37,437 nt of DNA from Candidatus Krumholzibacteriia bacterium (lineage in GTDB: Bacteria > Krumholzibacteriota > Krumholzibacteriia > WVZY01): assembly GCA_046754105.1 (NCBI GenBank), contig JBHHVD010000025.1, positions 1 to 37,437 of the forward strand, given 5' to 3'. The position numbers and the translations under genes are program-made. The notes beneath the pieces are model-generated. The model was not told the origin of the DNA and searched no databases. It saw nothing but the letters and a program-made list of their open reading frames with translations. Position 1 is the first letter of the stretch. Each line of letters opens with the position of its first letter. Of this stretch, positions 36,056 through 37,437 are shown in pieces.

Positions 36056-36739
36056 ATGATCAAAGTCGTCATCTTCGATCTGGACAACACCCTGACCGAT
36101 TTCATGCGGATGAAAGAGAGCGCGGTCGATGCCGCCGTCGACGCGATGGTCGATGCCGGCCTGCGGCTGCCAACGGATGAGATCAAGAAAAAGATCTACG
36201 CGGTCTACCAGGACCGGGGGATCGAATTCCAGGGCGTATTCGACCAGGTACTCGAGGAGTTGCTGGGCGAGATCAATCACAAGTTGCTGGCGGCCGGGGT
36301 CGTCGCCTACCGGCGCGCCAAGGAGGCAGCGCTGGTCCTCTACCCACACGTGCGCGTGACGCTCTTCGAGCTGATCAAGCGCGGTATCCGGCTTGCCGTC
36401 ATCTCGGACGCGCCGCGCAAGGAGGGCTGGCTGCGCCTGTGCTATCTGCAACTCCACCACATGTTCGACAAAGTCATCACCTTCGACGATACCGGAGAGC
36501 GCAAGCCGAGCCCGGTGCCGTTCGAGCGGGTGCTGAAACATTTCTCCATCAAGCCGTCCGAAGCGCTCATGGTCGGCGACTGGCCCGAGCGCGATATCCA
36601 CGGTGCGTCACAAGTGGGCATCAACACGGTGTTTGCCCGCTACGGAGACACGTCGGGCGCCGTCGACAGCGGCGCAAAATACGAGATCGATGATATTATT
36701 GAGCTGGTTGAGATTGTGGATCGCCACAATAGACGATAG
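36056..36739 (+). CDS. HAD-superfamily hydrolase (subfamily IA, TIGR02253-like)
   Basis: VIFDLDNTL, AVISDA, KPSPVPF, LMVGDWPERDIHGA. Confidence 0.92.
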   Translation: MIKVVIFDLDNTLTDFMRMKESAVDAAVDAMVDAGLRLPTDEIKKKIYAVYQDRGIEFQGVFDQVLEELLGEINHKLLAAGVVAYRRAKEAALVLYPHVRVTLFELIKRGIRLAVISDAPRKEGWLRLCYLQLHHMFDKVITFDDTGERKPSPVPFERVLKHFSIKPSEALMVGDWPERDIHGASQVGINTVFARYGDTSGAVDSGAKYEIDDIIELVEIVDRHNRR

Positions 36740-36775
36740 CGTGGTCGCGAAGACCCCTGAACGAAAGAAGCCATC

Positions 36776-37437
36776 ATGGATGTGTTGACCGGTGAGCGCA
36801 TGAAAAAGGTCGACGAGGAGACCATCGCGCGCTTCTGCCCGGGCCTCGAGCTGATGGAGCGCGCGGGGCGCAACGTGGCGGAGTTCATCCTCGAGAGGTA
36901 TCCCGAGAACGGGTTCAAGGCTTCGATCTTCGTCGGACCCGGGAACAACGGCGGCGACGCCCTGGTGGTGGCCCGTTACCTGAACGACGAGGGACGCGCC
37001 TGCTCGATTCACTATCTGTCGACGCCGGATAACTTCACGATGGACACGCTCAAGAATCACCAGCGCCTGCAGAAAAGGATGAAGACGAGCAAACACTTGA
37101 AAGAAATCAATTCCACGCGGTCCGACTGGGGCAACATCCTCAAGAAAGACCTGATGGACGCAACGCTCATCGTGGACGGGCTGTTTGGGACCGGGCTCTC
37201 CCGCGACCTCGACGGGCGCGCGGCCGAGGTGGTCCGGCTCATCAACGCCAGCAATCTGCCCGTCGTCAGTATCGATACCCCTTCGGGCATCCACAGTGAC
37301 ACCGGCGCCGTGCTTGGAGCGGCCGTCACGGCGAGGTACACCGTGACCATGGGTCATCCGAAGCTCGGCATGCTTTTCCATCCCGCCCGCCGCCGCGTCG
37401 GCGAACTGTTCATCGCCGACCTCGGCTTTCCGGAGGA
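36776..37437 (+). CDS. nnr: NAD(P)H-hydrate epimerase (YjeF N-terminal domain, probably bifunctional Nnr); runs off the window end
   Basis: Manual translation from ATG 36776: MDVLTGERMKKVDEETI..LELMERAG..VGPGNNGGDALVVARYL..IVDGLFGTGL..VVSIDTPSG; absent from the ORF track because it has no stop in the window. Confidence 0.92.
   Translation, partial: MDVLTGERMKKVDEETIARFCPGLELMERAGRNVAEFILERYPENGFKASIFVGPGNNGGDALVVARYLNDEGRACSIHYLSTPDNFTMDTLKNHQRLQKRMKTSKHLKEINSTRSDWGNILKKDLMDATLIVDGLFGTGLSRDLDGRAAEVVRLINASNLPVVSIDTPSGIHSDTGAVLGAAVTARYTVTMGHPKLGMLFHPARRRVGELFIADLGFPE

Noticed and set aside
36608..37381. 257-aa minus-strand ORF at the window end
   Set aside because: Antisense to nnr, which has clear YjeF_N motifs on the plus strand

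Overview
High-GC bacterial chromosomal window of mostly co-oriented (+) housekeeping and envelope genes; no transposase, integrase, phage gene, CRISPR array, rRNA or tRNA was recognised. Order: pdxA-ftsE-ftsX-envC-like M23-holB-metG-tatD-[B-box/DUF2007-like Zn protein]-NDUFA9-like SDR | ~190-bp palindromic element | rsmA-uncharacterised outer-membrane beta-barrel-lipoprotein 1 | lipoprotein 2 (paralogue, own promoter and terminator) | YibQ-like divergent polysaccharide deacetylase-pdxJ | secD-secF-DUF456 | sigma54-type promoter-DUF4783-like exported protein-1716-aa NtrY-type histidine kinase | cstA (-) | DUF4159-DUF4175-TPR-exported GATase-like protein | small Zn-ribbon protein | CPBP/CAAX protease (-) | HAD hydrolase-nnr (truncated at window end). 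Gene content suggests a diderm FCB-superphylum organism, such as a Krumholzibacteria/Latescibacteria-like lineage (inference). Best leads: (1) a four-gene exported module with a putative Cys-His-Glu hydrolase; (2) an rsmA-coupled beta-barrel with two paralogous NTF2-like lipoproteins; (3) a complete sigma54 promoter architecture in front of an exported protein and an orphan giant kinase; (4) structured intergenic elements at 8962-9147, 1-150 and in the secD leader. Family assignments come from motif recognition, not database searches.
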